Position numbers and translations under genes: made by a program | Shown: piece after piece, positions 1 through 8,993 of the stretch | Numbering within the stretch: the first letter of the stretch is position 1 | Layout: each line of letters starts with the position of its first letter | Notes under the pieces: model-generated | Database searches by the model: none | Told to the model about the DNA's origin: nothing | What the model saw: the letters and a program-made list of their open reading frames with translations, nothing else | From: Patescibacteria group bacterium | Lineage (GTDB): Bacteria; Patescibacteriota; Minisyncoccia; Phycocordibacterales; JBBTRF01 | Assembly (NCBI GenBank): GCA_038065315.1 | Contig: JBBTRF010000001.1 | Span: 592,458 to 656,457, forward strand | Length of the DNA: 64,000 nt | Direction: 5' to 3'

Positions 1-56
1 CACCGGCAAGGCATTGACGTTTGTGGAGTAGGCGTATTTTTTGCGGAATGCTCAAA

Positions 57-86
57 GGCCCCGATCGAATATCGGGGTTTTTGTTT
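57..86 (+). terminator. rho-independent terminator-like hairpin (GGCCCCGAT..ATCGGGG + T-run)
   Basis: GC stem followed by TTTTTGTTT, read directly. Confidence 0.5.
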
Positions 87-150
87 GGCTCCGCGCTTTT
101 GACACCCGCCCCGAATTTTGCTTCAATAGGGTCTAGGAAAGGTCAACTCT

Positions 151-504
151 ATGACAAATCATGCTCCTGTTGGTGTCGGGGAACGGGACGAGGAATTCTT
201 GGCCTGGCAGGTCGAGGATTCTGTAAACGGGATGCTCGGAAACGAGTCCCGCAAAGCAGGTTCGATTCAGGTCTGGCTGGACTTAGTTCAGACAGACTTC
301 GCTGGTGTGGTCAGGGCTCTCAAGGCAGATCTCAAGCACAACAAAGGCCTGGCCGAACTCGAGCTGGATCGGCGAGTGCAGCTGCTCGGCACCGACGAAG
401 AAGCGCAGATCGTGCTCTGGGCGGTGCATGGCCGACTACTGCAGCACATCGAGCCGCGCAATGTGGCGGCCTCGCTGGAGCCTCAGGCAGCACTCGCGGC
501 GTAG
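151..504 (+). CDS. hypothetical protein (117 aa)
   Basis: ORF in GC-rich region followed by strong terminator; no recognizable motifs. Confidence 0.35.
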   Translation: MTNHAPVGVGERDEEFLAWQVEDSVNGMLGNESRKAGSIQVWLDLVQTDFAGVVRALKADLKHNKGLAELELDRRVQLLGTDEEAQIVLWAVHGRLLQHIEPRNVAASLEPQAALAA

Positions 505-531
505 CGTCCTAGGACGCTCTCGCTAGACTCT

Positions 532-565
532 CACACCCGGCTGAAAGGTCGGGTGTTTGTTTTTT
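532..565 (+). terminator. rho-independent terminator (CACACCCGGC..GTCGGGTGTTTGTTTTTT)
   Basis: perfect 9-bp stem + T-run right after ORF 151-504. Confidence 0.7.
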
Positions 566-630
566 GTCGAGTATTACCGCGTATTAGTAAGTAGCTTACA
601 ATTATCAAAGTACCCCGAACGAGTTATCCC

Positions 631-658
631 AAGGGTTCGAACCCCTTCATCTCCGCCA
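631..658 (+). pseudogene. tRNA 3'-end fragment (T-arm GGTTCGAACC + acceptor 3' strand + CCA), possible att-site remnant
   Basis: AAGGGTTCGAACCCCTT then CATCTCCG-CCA; no matching 5' acceptor upstream so not an intact tRNA. Confidence 0.4.
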
Positions 659-727
659 GATGTCCAAGTTTGAACCTGGGTAAAATCAGGTTGTTTTGCC
701 TAAAAACACCCTGTTGAAAACTCACCC

Positions 728-745
728 TTGTGAAAATTTTCACAA
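728..745. promoter_or_regulatory. 18-bp perfect palindrome TTGTGAAAATTTTCACAA about 20 bp upstream of RM gene start; putative operator
   Basis: read directly; overlaps -35/-10-like TTGTGA / TAATAT region. Confidence 0.4.
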
Positions 746-762
746 ATTGTTAATATTATGGT

Positions 763-2934
763 ATGACATCTTTTTTAGAATCAAAAAATGAGTTTGATGA
801 GAAGTATCAAATCAAACTTTTTCTCGAGAAATCACCAATTACTGTTGATGGTAAATATATTGAAAATATTTCTCTTAAGGGGAAAAAGGGATTAGGAAAC
901 GAAGAATACTACAAATGGCAATTTTTCCATGCTCTTATCAATAGTGGTTTATGTGCAAAAGATTTTGTAGGCGCAGAAATATACCTTCCCAAAGGAAATA
1001 AAAGTTCGGCACCAATTAAAATTGACGGTGTCATTTTTGACGAGCCTGATTGGTTAGATTGGTACGGAAAATGGCGCATAGATAAAAATCAGGAAGCCTT
1101 AGACTGGCTCAGGGCGCATATAATTGGAACAATTGAATTCAAAAATGAAAACTCGAGAGATGTAGAAACTGTATACAATCAACAACTAAAATCTGCCATG
1201 AAAGAAACAGAAAATAATTTCTGTTTGGGAATTCTGTATGACACTGAAAGGATGTATCTATTTCAAAAAAGAGATGGAAAGTTTCTCAGATTAGATGAGG
1301 GCTATAACCTTCGCGGGGAGCAAAGTACAACAAAAGATTTATCTCTCCATCTACCAGATGCATATAATAAATTACCATCTTTCGAACAACTTAAGAAAAG
1401 GATTTTAAATATAAAAGTTGATCGGTCAAAGAGAACTATCGATGATCTGGATGTAATTACAGGTATTTATAATGCTCAACTAAAAGATGGTGTATCCAGC
1501 ATCCTTAGGGTGATGGACAAGGTAAGTATGAAGGATCGCCGGGGGTACGAAATACTTATTCAAATCATGGCCCTCAAGATCTTTGATGAAAAGAGAAGCG
1601 CAAAAGTAAATTCATTCCTTGATTTCTACAAAAAAGATGAGGAAAAAGAAAAATTGGATTTGTTATTTTATATAACAGAGAAAGAGAGAAATTTTTCCTC
1701 TTTAAGTGATAAAGAAATACAATCCTTTATAAAAAGGATGCGGGATCTCTATAATGAAGCGTCGCAAGAATACCATTTTATATTAAACAGAGATGATACA
1801 GAGACTATTGCGTGGAAAAAGCCCGATCATATACGCATCATCAGTGAAATTGTTGAGCAATTTCAAGATTATAGTTTTGTTAAATCACACAAGACTGATC
1901 TTTATCAGATTGTTTTCTATAAATTTGCTAACGAGTTCTCTAAAACAGACAAGGGGCAATTCATCACTCCTATCCCTTTAATTGATTTTTTGGTTCGTAT
2001 AGTAAATCCTAGAAGCACGGAAAAAATCATAGATCCTACTTCGGGTATCGCTGATTTTCTTTCCGTTTCTTATGTAAATTCGAATAGCAAATTAGATGAT
2101 AAAAATATATATGGTCTAGATAATGACGATAAAATGATCATGCTGGCTCAGTTGAATATGCTACTTAATGGGGATGGGAATGCCATTTTGAGATATAAAG
2201 CTGACAAGGGGTCTATTACCTGGAAATTTGATGATAGGGATGAGTTAGTAGAACTTAATCCAAAAATACACAAGGACGGAAAGTGGGATCATTGGGACGA
2301 TGAAACAAAATTAAAAAAATTTGATGTCGTTTTGACTAACCCTCCTTTTGGTGAAGATAGGAAGTATGAGCCTTCAACACAAAAAGATAAGGAAATTATT
2401 GAGATGTACGAGTTGTGGAATAAGGCTCGTAGTAGTAACTGGATTGATCTTGGTTTAGTATTTCTTGAAAATGCCTACCGTATTCTTAAGGATAACGGAC
2501 GCATGGGCATTGTACTTTCAAATTCTCTTGCTTCTATTGATCGATGGGAAGATGCTAGGAAGTGGTTATTTGAGAAAATGAGAATAGTTGCTTTATTTGA
2601 TCTTCCCGCGAATGTTTTTGCTGATACTGGTGTAAATGTAACCATTGTCGTTGCATATAAACCTCCCGAGGAAGAACTTAAAGAACTTCAAAAAGGAAAT
2701 TACAATATTTTTGTAAAAGATATTAAAAAAGTCGGATATGAAATTAGGACTCTAAAACGAGTAAAGTTTTTTCATCAAATCTACAAAATCAACGAGGAAA
2801 CATTCGATATTGAGCAAGACAAAGAAGGGCGTCCTCTACTAGATGAAGAATTTACTGATACAGTCACTGAATTTAAAAAATGGTGTCTTAGTCAAGAGAA
2901 GACGCTTCAAGATCTCTTCGTAAAAGACCGATGA
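763..2934 (+). CDS. restriction-modification enzyme subunit: N-terminal putative PD-(D/E)xK-like region fused to N6-adenine gamma-class methyltransferase (BcgI-A-like / unusually long HsdM-like)
   Basis: MTase motif I (FITPIPLIDFLVRIVNP...IIDPTSGIADF) and motif IV TNPPFG; about 390 aa N-terminal extension with IDGVIFDE...IEFK; AT-rich. Confidence 0.75.
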   Translation: MTSFLESKNEFDEKYQIKLFLEKSPITVDGKYIENISLKGKKGLGNEEYYKWQFFHALINSGLCAKDFVGAEIYLPKGNKSSAPIKIDGVIFDEPDWLDWYGKWRIDKNQEALDWLRAHIIGTIEFKNENSRDVETVYNQQLKSAMKETENNFCLGILYDTERMYLFQKRDGKFLRLDEGYNLRGEQSTTKDLSLHLPDAYNKLPSFEQLKKRILNIKVDRSKRTIDDLDVITGIYNAQLKDGVSSILRVMDKVSMKDRRGYEILIQIMALKIFDEKRSAKVNSFLDFYKKDEEKEKLDLLFYITEKERNFSSLSDKEIQSFIKRMRDLYNEASQEYHFILNRDDTETIAWKKPDHIRIISEIVEQFQDYSFVKSHKTDLYQIVFYKFANEFSKTDKGQFITPIPLIDFLVRIVNPRSTEKIIDPTSGIADFLSVSYVNSNSKLDDKNIYGLDNDDKMIMLAQLNMLLNGDGNAILRYKADKGSITWKFDDRDELVELNPKIHKDGKWDHWDDETKLKKFDVVLTNPPFGEDRKYEPSTQKDKEIIEMYELWNKARSSNWIDLGLVFLENAYRILKDNGRMGIVLSNSLASIDRWEDARKWLFEKMRIVALFDLPANVFADTGVNVTIVVAYKPPEEELKELQKGNYNIFVKDIKKVGYEIRTLKRVKFFHQIYKINEETFDIEQDKEGRPLLDEEFTDTVTEFKKWCLSQEKTLQDLFVKDR

Positions 2935-4421
2935 TGAAATACGTAAAAGTTCCACAATCAATAACTGCTAGTGAGTTGATGGGGAATCATTATTATTATG
3001 CTCCGTCTAAATATTCAGCTTTTTACCCTAAAGATAAGTCTCGATTCGAAATTCTTGCAAAGTTAGTAGACGTAAAGAATGAAAGAGAAGTTGTAAGTAG
3101 TGATTTAAAGTACAGATATGTTGAAATTGGAGATGTCGATACAAATACAGGGAGTATTGATTACAAGGAAGTTTTTGGTATTTTTGTTCCAAACAAAAGG
3201 CCACTAAAAATCTCAAAAGGTGATATTTTGGTCTCCACAGTTAGGACTTACAGGAAAGGTATCGGATACGTAAATTCCTCAGCAAGTAATATAGTCTCAA
3301 CGTCTGCTTTTTTGGTTTTTCATCAGCTTAAAAAAGGTTTAACTCCAGAATACTTGTTAGCTGTTTTAAGAAGCGATTTTTTTGTAGAGCAAATCTTGTC
3401 TTTTCAAAATAGAGGCATGTACCCACGTTTAGATGGAGAAACGATCGATTCTGTATATATTCCATTACCAACAAAAAACCAACTAGATTATTTAACTGTC
3501 TTGCAACGAGCTTTGATTAATAAGCAAGAGGAGCTTAAGAGGAAACACGCTTCGATCTTAGAAATAATTGAGAAGGAGCTTTTAGGCAATCAAGAAAAAG
3601 AAAAATTTGTTTATACACAACCTGATATTAAGGAACTAGAAAAATCAATCAGATTTGATGCTGGTTACTATTGCGAATCTTATAAGCACAAACAGTTTTT
3701 ACTAAAGAATTATATTTATTCTGCAAAACCAATTGAGGGTAAGGAGGGGTGGGGATACGAAATTAAACGAGGACAGAATTTACAAGAAAGTGCTATAGGA
3801 AAGATACTAGAATCAGATACCGCTAAAACAGGATTCTATAAAGTTATCAGACCGACAAATTTTTCTGATTTCGGTACAATTTCTTATTATAGTTACTTAG
3901 GTAATTCTAATCAGCTTTCCGTTCTTGAGCCAGGAGATATCGTTTTTTCAGGCGAAGGCACAGTCGGTAAATGTGTATTATTTGTAAATCCAAGTGATAA
4001 GGCTATAACAAATATTCACGGAATAGTCCTTAACAAAAAAGATCACAACGTAGAGGAAAGTTCATATGTTGCTTGTTTTCTTCGATTCCTCAAGCAGTGG
4101 GGATTTTTTGAATATATTTCTGTGGGTGGACAAGGAGGTAGTCTTGCTATGCGATATTGGAAAGATGTACAGATTCCTATTTTCCCACCAACAAAACGAA
4201 AGGAAATTGCAAAGTTATATTGCAATAATGTTGACTATGAAAGTGTAGCCGTTGATGAGATCACATCATTTTTAGAACTTGATGATAAGTGGAATCAAAA
4301 GGCAGGAGTAATTCAAATAGATGAAATGTCTAAGAAAATACAAGCAGAAATAGATCAGGTTATAAATCAGATCGTTTTAGGAGCTGAGATTAACCCCAGT
4401 TTTAAATTTTTATTGGATTAA
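2931..4421 (+). CDS. restriction-modification specificity (S) subunit, HsdS-like with two target-recognition halves
   Basis: two repeated halves each with GDI(L/V)xS and IP(L/I)xP motifs; 4-nt overlap with upstream MTase gene. Confidence 0.75.
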   Translation: MMKYVKVPQSITASELMGNHYYYAPSKYSAFYPKDKSRFEILAKLVDVKNEREVVSSDLKYRYVEIGDVDTNTGSIDYKEVFGIFVPNKRPLKISKGDILVSTVRTYRKGIGYVNSSASNIVSTSAFLVFHQLKKGLTPEYLLAVLRSDFFVEQILSFQNRGMYPRLDGETIDSVYIPLPTKNQLDYLTVLQRALINKQEELKRKHASILEIIEKELLGNQEKEKFVYTQPDIKELEKSIRFDAGYYCESYKHKQFLLKNYIYSAKPIEGKEGWGYEIKRGQNLQESAIGKILESDTAKTGFYKVIRPTNFSDFGTISYYSYLGNSNQLSVLEPGDIVFSGEGTVGKCVLFVNPSDKAITNIHGIVLNKKDHNVEESSYVACFLRFLKQWGFFEYISVGGQGGSLAMRYWKDVQIPIFPPTKRKEIAKLYCNNVDYESVAVDEITSFLELDDKWNQKAGVIQIDEMSKKIQAEIDQVINQIVLGAEINPSFKFLLD

Positions 4422-4602
4422 GTAACTCACTGCGTTTTGTCTCTTATCTGACTTAGGTTTTGGCACCTCAAACCATTGTGGGTGTTGCTTGAACATAGCT
4501 CGTAATTCGCACATGCTCTTATCAAGATCCTTGAATCTGAGCCACGCTTTCGGTTCAAACTTCGGGACATCATCCCCGCCTGTAGTTTTGAAAATAGAGA
4601 GA

Positions 4603-6525
4603 CTAAATCCCTTTGTTGGAGGGTCTCGATTCTTTCATTAATCCCCCTTGTAATTTTTTCGTGAATCTCACAAAAGATCTTTCGATGCTGTAGCTTCTCA
4701 GCATGAGATCAAGTTCTTTTTCTGGTCTACACAACATCTCGCGCACCTCATTTTTAAAAATCTTAGAATCTTTTTCCATACGGCGAAGCACCATCGCTGC
4801 TTTTTCAGTGAGAGTACGCATCCTGCGCGTCACTTCGGCGTTGCTTCTTCCTGATGCAAGATTTCGGAAGTTTCGGTCATTGTCGTCTTGTTTATCCCGG
4901 ATATCATCTCCAAGTTGGCGCGCGGTCAGATAGTACTTAAAAAATTTCAAAACTGTCTTGTTAACTTTAGGTCGATTTTCGCCTGCCCCAGAGATTATCA
5001 TTGGACCAATGGAGTGAGCAATTGACTTTTCTTGTAAATTATCAGCTTTTTTGCTAATCATCTCTCTTGCAATGGCTGATTCCATGAGCTGTAAGGTGGT
5101 TTTTATAGACTCATCAATGCCTTTTGAATTGTTTAGAAAAGTTGCGAAAGCTTCGTAAATGCAAAGGTTAGCAATAGGTAATCGCCTAACCGATTTCATA
5201 TCGGCCTTATCTAGGCAATCATCATAGATTCGGTAAGCAGCCCAACCAAGAATGTTCGCATAGGACAGATCAACAGCTTTTTTGTTAGTTACATTATTGC
5301 TCCACCAAAACGGTAAAAGCCAGATCTCTCTTTGATTTTTCCCGTTTAGTATTCTTCCGCAAATATTACTAATTTGTTCGCGTACCTGCGGTATCTGTTT
5401 TTCTATAAAACGCGCGATCTCCTTCTTGACCAGGCGCAAGTGGAAGCTCTCGATAGACCCTTGATATTTACGATTTCGTAAATTCAAAAAGCTACTCAAG
5501 GCCTCCATTTCAATTATGCATGTCACGGCACTAGATTGATTACAGTAGGGAATACCGTTGCGTTTTGGGTCATTACAAAACGCTTGCGGTTCAGGGTTCT
5601 TGAGGGGCAAAGACCTTGTTATTTTTTGAAAGTATAGTCTAAGCCAACTTTCCCAGTCATCTAACGGTACTCCAACCGCTCCTTTTTTGGTGAGATTGTT
5701 TACGCAGTTTAATAGGGCGCAGACAAGAAGACTGCAGTCTAGACCATGTTGAACATTTTTTAACCTCTCCAGTATTTGATTCCCAAACTTGATTAAAAAT
5801 TCTCCACTATAGTGCCGCGACATGAAGTACACTGTCGTCGCCTCGCTAGGGTAGTATTTTGAACTGAAATTGTTATTTTGGATTTTTTCTTCAAAAATCT
5901 TCTCTAAGGATTTTATCTTCAGATCATGTTGGTTAAGTAAATTCGCAATGTTCGACTGTACGGCGATATCGACATCTCTCCATGCAGAGGATCTCCTCGA
6001 TTCTTCCATGACCCATGTTCTATAAGGTCCATTTTGGCCAATCTTTTGTTCATTGAGTGTATTTACGAAATGAGCCAATCCCTCTCCCTCTTTTTTCGTC
6101 ATTCCTTCTGCTCTAAAATAGCCTACTAATCCAAACAGTGCACAGCTCGTGTCGTCCAGGTCATCTGGGTAGGGGAGCTGAGTGTGTTCGAGAGAATCTT
6201 TTCGCCAGTAGTTCCAAGTCCATCTAGGGCTTTTTTCAGAAAGAAGTATCTCCGCAGCCTCATTCCGGACTCTCCGCAGTACCTTCGTGTAAGGCTCTGT
6301 TGGTCTGATGTTGTCTAGTATTTTATTAATTACACCTAATATTATTGAAACGGAAAACGTTGTACGGTAAACATGATCTACTTGGTGGGGGGTCTTTTTT
6401 CTGGGCACAGAGACGCTATCAAAAATATGCGAGCCGCTTTTTCTAAGAAATCCCGCCCGATCCTTCAAAATAGCTGAAACTCTACAGCATAACTCTATCT
6501 CGCTACGTTTTCTCGTTCGATTCAT
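4603..6525 (-). CDS. hypothetical 640-aa protein; C-terminal half has isoprenoid-synthase-like DDxxD motifs (YRIYDDCLDKADMKSVRRLP and ARQLGDDIRD)
   Basis: long ORF in AT-rich island; motif resemblance to trans-prenyltransferase FARM/SARM, tentative. Confidence 0.55.
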   Translation of the reverse strand: MNRTRKRSEIELCCRVSAILKDRAGFLRKSGSHIFDSVSVPRKKTPHQVDHVYRTTFSVSIILGVINKILDNIRPTEPYTKVLRRVRNEAAEILLSEKSPRWTWNYWRKDSLEHTQLPYPDDLDDTSCALFGLVGYFRAEGMTKKEGEGLAHFVNTLNEQKIGQNGPYRTWVMEESRRSSAWRDVDIAVQSNIANLLNQHDLKIKSLEKIFEEKIQNNNFSSKYYPSEATTVYFMSRHYSGEFLIKFGNQILERLKNVQHGLDCSLLVCALLNCVNNLTKKGAVGVPLDDWESWLRLYFQKITRSLPLKNPEPQAFCNDPKRNGIPYCNQSSAVTCIIEMEALSSFLNLRNRKYQGSIESFHLRLVKKEIARFIEKQIPQVREQISNICGRILNGKNQREIWLLPFWWSNNVTNKKAVDLSYANILGWAAYRIYDDCLDKADMKSVRRLPIANLCIYEAFATFLNNSKGIDESIKTTLQLMESAIAREMISKKADNLQEKSIAHSIGPMIISGAGENRPKVNKTVLKFFKYYLTARQLGDDIRDKQDDNDRNFRNLASGRSNAEVTRRMRTLTEKAAMVLRRMEKDSKIFKNEVREMLCRPEKELDLMLRSYSIERSFVRFTKKLQGGLMKESRPSNKGI

Positions 6526-6770
6526 GTTCCAAAATAGTTATGCCAAAATGGGTTGCGGAAAATGTCAGCAACCCATTTTGACTAATTATCCCAAGGGGTC
6601 ATCATTTTCGAGTTTGGTCCTGATGCCAGGGCCAAGCTCACTTTCGGTGATCTGAGAGCTTTCTCTAGGAGCTTTTTCATGTAAGAGTTCACGAATTTTC
6701 ATTAAAAAGAGGTTCGACCTTATTTCCTCTACCATAATTATAGGGTTTCTAGTCTATTTTTCAAAGGCTT

Positions 6771-7118
6771 GTGAGACTACCCACTGTTATCGGACTGCGC
6801 TATACTTACCCCATGTCCACCCTCATCCACGCAGACATCTTTTTCTTCATTACCACCATTGCTGTCGTATTTTTCACGATCGGCTTCATCATCTTCACGG
6901 TATATTTCGTCCGGATTCTCGCCGACCTCAAACACATCTCGCAGACCATGCGTGCAGAAGGCGACAGGATCATCGAAGATGTGGGAACGCTCCGCGAAAA
7001 GGCGAAAGAGGAGGGGACGAAGATCAAAACCGTGCTAGACCTCTTTCTCGAATTGTTCACTCGCCGGCAAAAGCTACGGGGCGGCACTCGAAAGTCTGGA
7101 CACAGCAAGGTGGAATAA
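6771..7118 (+). CDS. small membrane protein (DUF948-like); real start may be Met at 6813
   Basis: N-terminal TM helix then charged coiled region; TAATG overlap with next gene. Confidence 0.5.
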   Translation: MRLPTVIGLRYTYPMSTLIHADIFFFITTIAVVFFTIGFIIFTVYFVRILADLKHISQTMRAEGDRIIEDVGTLREKAKEEGTKIKTVLDLFLELFTRRQKLRGGTRKSGHSKVE

Positions 7119-7567
7119 TGCAGCACACTTCTTGTAATAATTCTCGCAACAATCCGGCAGTACTTTTGGCACAGTCTCTCGATTATTCATATATCCATAA
7201 CCACAATCAAGTGAAAAAAACATCACACGCCGGCAAGCAGAATAAGCAGAGCAAGAAGAGCGGTGTTTCAAAGACCGGTATGGCCGTCGGTGCAGCGACA
7301 CTCATTGCCGCCGCTGCTGGGGCATATTTCCTCTACGGTACCGAGAAAGGTGCCAAGACCCGCAAGCAGATCAAGAGTTGGTCTTTAAAGGCAAAGGGGG
7401 AAGTCCTCGAGCAGCTCGAAGGACTCACTGAGGTGAGCGAGGAGGCATACGCAGGGATTGTGAAAAAGGTGGCGGCCGGGTATCAGAAAGCCAAGAAGCT
7501 CGACCCTTCAGATGTCGCCGACTTCGTCTCCGAAATGACCGGGTATTGGAAGCATTTGGGGAAGTAG
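7118..7567 (+). CDS. YtxH-like small membrane-associated protein
   Basis: MAVGAATLIAAAAGAYFLYGTEKGAKTRKQI motif typical of YtxH family; followed by terminator. Confidence 0.5.
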   Translation: MQHTSCNNSRNNPAVLLAQSLDYSYIHNHNQVKKTSHAGKQNKQSKKSGVSKTGMAVGAATLIAAAAGAYFLYGTEKGAKTRKQIKSWSLKAKGEVLEQLEGLTEVSEEAYAGIVKKVAAGYQKAKKLDPSDVADFVSEMTGYWKHLGK

Positions 7568-7595
7568 GCTGGAAACGGCCAGAAAAGTGCAAAGG

Positions 7596-7624
7596 AAAAA
7601 CCGCTCGTTAAGAGCGGTTTTTCC
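7596..7624 (+). terminator. rho-independent terminator (AAAAACCGCTCGTTAAGAGCGGTTTTTCC)
   Basis: stem CCGCTC/GAGCGG + T-run. Confidence 0.7.
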
Positions 7625-7781
7625 TCACCAGTATCAGCGCGTCCACCACCTCTCCGGAGGGTAAAAAATTATTGAATCATCAAGTGAAACAATACCGGAG
7701 ATAGAAAGTACGCTGCTCCTGAATGATATATGATTCCGACAAGGCTTGTCAAAGAAAACGCCCGTCTTTGGCCGCTAAAAG

Positions 7782-7810
7782 TTGACACTCTCCCTCCTGT
7801 CGTGTAGTAT
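7782..7810 (+). promoter_or_regulatory. sigma70-like promoter TTGACA-17-TAGTAT immediately upstream of rpsT (near-leaderless)
   Basis: -35 7782-7787, -10 7805-7810, ATG at 7818. Confidence 0.55.
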
Positions 7811-7817
7811 CTCTCGC

Positions 7818-8090
7818 ATGGCAATCACATCATCAGCAAAGAAAGCGCTCCGCGCATCGGAGAAAAAGGCGGTGTTCAACACCCGCCGCGACGAGGCAAT
7901 GAAGGCCGCTATCAAGCAGGTCAAGAAGCTCGTGGCCGACAAGAAGGTAAAAGAGGCGCAGACCGCTCTCTCTTCTGCATACCAGGCGATCGACAAGGCC
8001 GTGAAGACCAACTTCCTCAAGGCCAATGCCGGTGCTCGCAAGAAGTCTCGATTGTCAGCAATGATTGTCCGAGCGAAGGCGGCGAAGTAA
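7818..8090 (+). CDS. rpsT: 30S ribosomal protein S20 (bS20)
   Basis: MAITSSAKKALRASEKK...; basic, Ala/Lys-rich about 90 aa. Confidence 0.85.
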   Translation: MAITSSAKKALRASEKKAVFNTRRDEAMKAAIKQVKKLVADKKVKEAQTALSSAYQAIDKAVKTNFLKANAGARKKSRLSAMIVRAKAAK

Positions 8091-8104
8091 GCGTTCCTAG
8101 CGGA

Positions 8105-8144
8105 GACCAGACTAAAAGCCCCGAAAGGGGCTTTTAGTCTGGTC
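8105..8144. terminator. long perfect hairpin AGACCAGACTAAAAGCCCC-GAAA-GGGGCTTTTAGTCTGGTC after rpsT
   Basis: 18-bp stem read directly. Confidence 0.6.
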
Positions 8145-8205
8145 AGTAAAAACGTGTACCGAAGGATGGGCAATTGATGGAGTGTAAAAGCTGAGATTCA
8201 TACGT

Positions 8206-8233
8206 TTGACAAAAGAGCCACTTTGGCTATAAT
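8206..8233 (+). promoter_or_regulatory. consensus sigma70 promoter TTGACA-16-TATAAT; TA operon start codon 8 nt after -10 (leaderless)
   Basis: -35 8206-8211, -10 8228-8233. Confidence 0.6.
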
Positions 8234-8241
8234 AGCTCATT

Positions 8242-8502
8242 ATGATCACATCATTTTTCACCGCAAAGGATGCGAAGAACAACTTCGGACGGCTTTTAGA
8301 GGAAGCACGGCAGTCTCCTGTGGCCGTTCTTAAAAACGGTCGACAGGTGGCTGTGGTCATGTCAACCGAGGAATACCGCGAATTTGAGACTCGAAGAGAC
8401 ATCTATTGGGGCGAGCTTTCTGTGCGTGCACACAAGAAGGGGTATATTGGAACGGCTAAGAGCGCCAAGCTTTTAAAAGAGGCTCTCCATGCTCGAGATT
8501 GA
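8242..8502 (+). CDS. type II antitoxin, Phd/YefM family
   Basis: AKDAKNNFGRLLEEARQSPVAVLKNGRQVAVVMSTEEY; overlaps downstream toxin gene. Confidence 0.8.
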   Translation: MITSFFTAKDAKNNFGRLLEEARQSPVAVLKNGRQVAVVMSTEEYREFETRRDIYWGELSVRAHKKGYIGTAKSAKLLKEALHARD

Positions 8503-8764
8503 TCTCTCAAAAGTTTCTGAAAAGTTTCTAAAAAAACTGCCGCCCAAGCAGCGTCGCCAAGTGGCTGAGAAAGTGTATACTCTTGCCGAAAATCCGCAGG
8601 CATCGGATACGAGCCTTTTGCGCGGATATGAAGAATATTATCGTGCAGATATTGGCGAGTACAGAATCATTTATCGCTGGTCTAAAGAATGTTTGCATGT
8701 GACGTTAATAGGGAAGAGAAATGACGGTGACGTGTATAGAAAGTTAAAACGAATGAGAGGTTAG
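8489..8764 (+). CDS. relE: type II toxin, RelE/ParE family
   Basis: KKLPPKQRRQVAEKV...EYRIIYRWSKE..LHVTLIGKRND; 14-nt overlap with antitoxin. Confidence 0.8.
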   Translation: MLEIDLSKVSEKFLKKLPPKQRRQVAEKVYTLAENPQASDTSLLRGYEEYYRADIGEYRIIYRWSKECLHVTLIGKRNDGDVYRKLKRMRG

Positions 8765-8901
8765 ATATCATTTTCCCAAACGAGAAGATTCGGTGGAGAT
8801 TGCTGGTGATGTTCAACCTATCGATTTTTCCGCAAAGTATGCTAGAGTAATCCGGTCGGAGTCGGTAGCCGCGTGCACAGCCGGTGGCGTGGCAAAAACA
8901 T

Positions 8902-8973
8902 CCTTTCGTCGTTCAATGGATAGGACATAAGTTTGCGGAACTTAAAATCTAGGTTCGATTCCTAGCGAGAGGA
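8902..8973 (+). tRNA. tRNA-Arg, apparent anticodon GCG (unusual for bacteria)
   Basis: manual fold: acceptor CCTTTCG/CGAGAGG, anticodon stem TAAGT/ACTTA, loop TTGCGGA, T-arm CTAGG-TTCGATT-CCTAG. Confidence 0.6.
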
Positions 8974-8993
8974 CAAGAGGCAGGGCATTTTCT

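Larger units (their letters stand above)
570..6530. other. AT-rich (approx 30-40% GC) putative horizontally acquired island carrying RM genes and a 640-aa accessory gene
   Basis: sharp drop in GC relative to flanks; tRNA-fragment at left edge. Confidence 0.45.

Noticed and set aside
101-135. TTGACA ... TTCAAT promoter-like sequence upstream of ORF 151-504
   Set aside because: -10 element is poor; insufficient to call.
570-660. Possible intact tRNA gene upstream of RM island
   Set aside because: Only the T-arm and 3' acceptor/CCA are present; no complementary 5' acceptor, D-arm or anticodon arm can be found, so called as a fragment.
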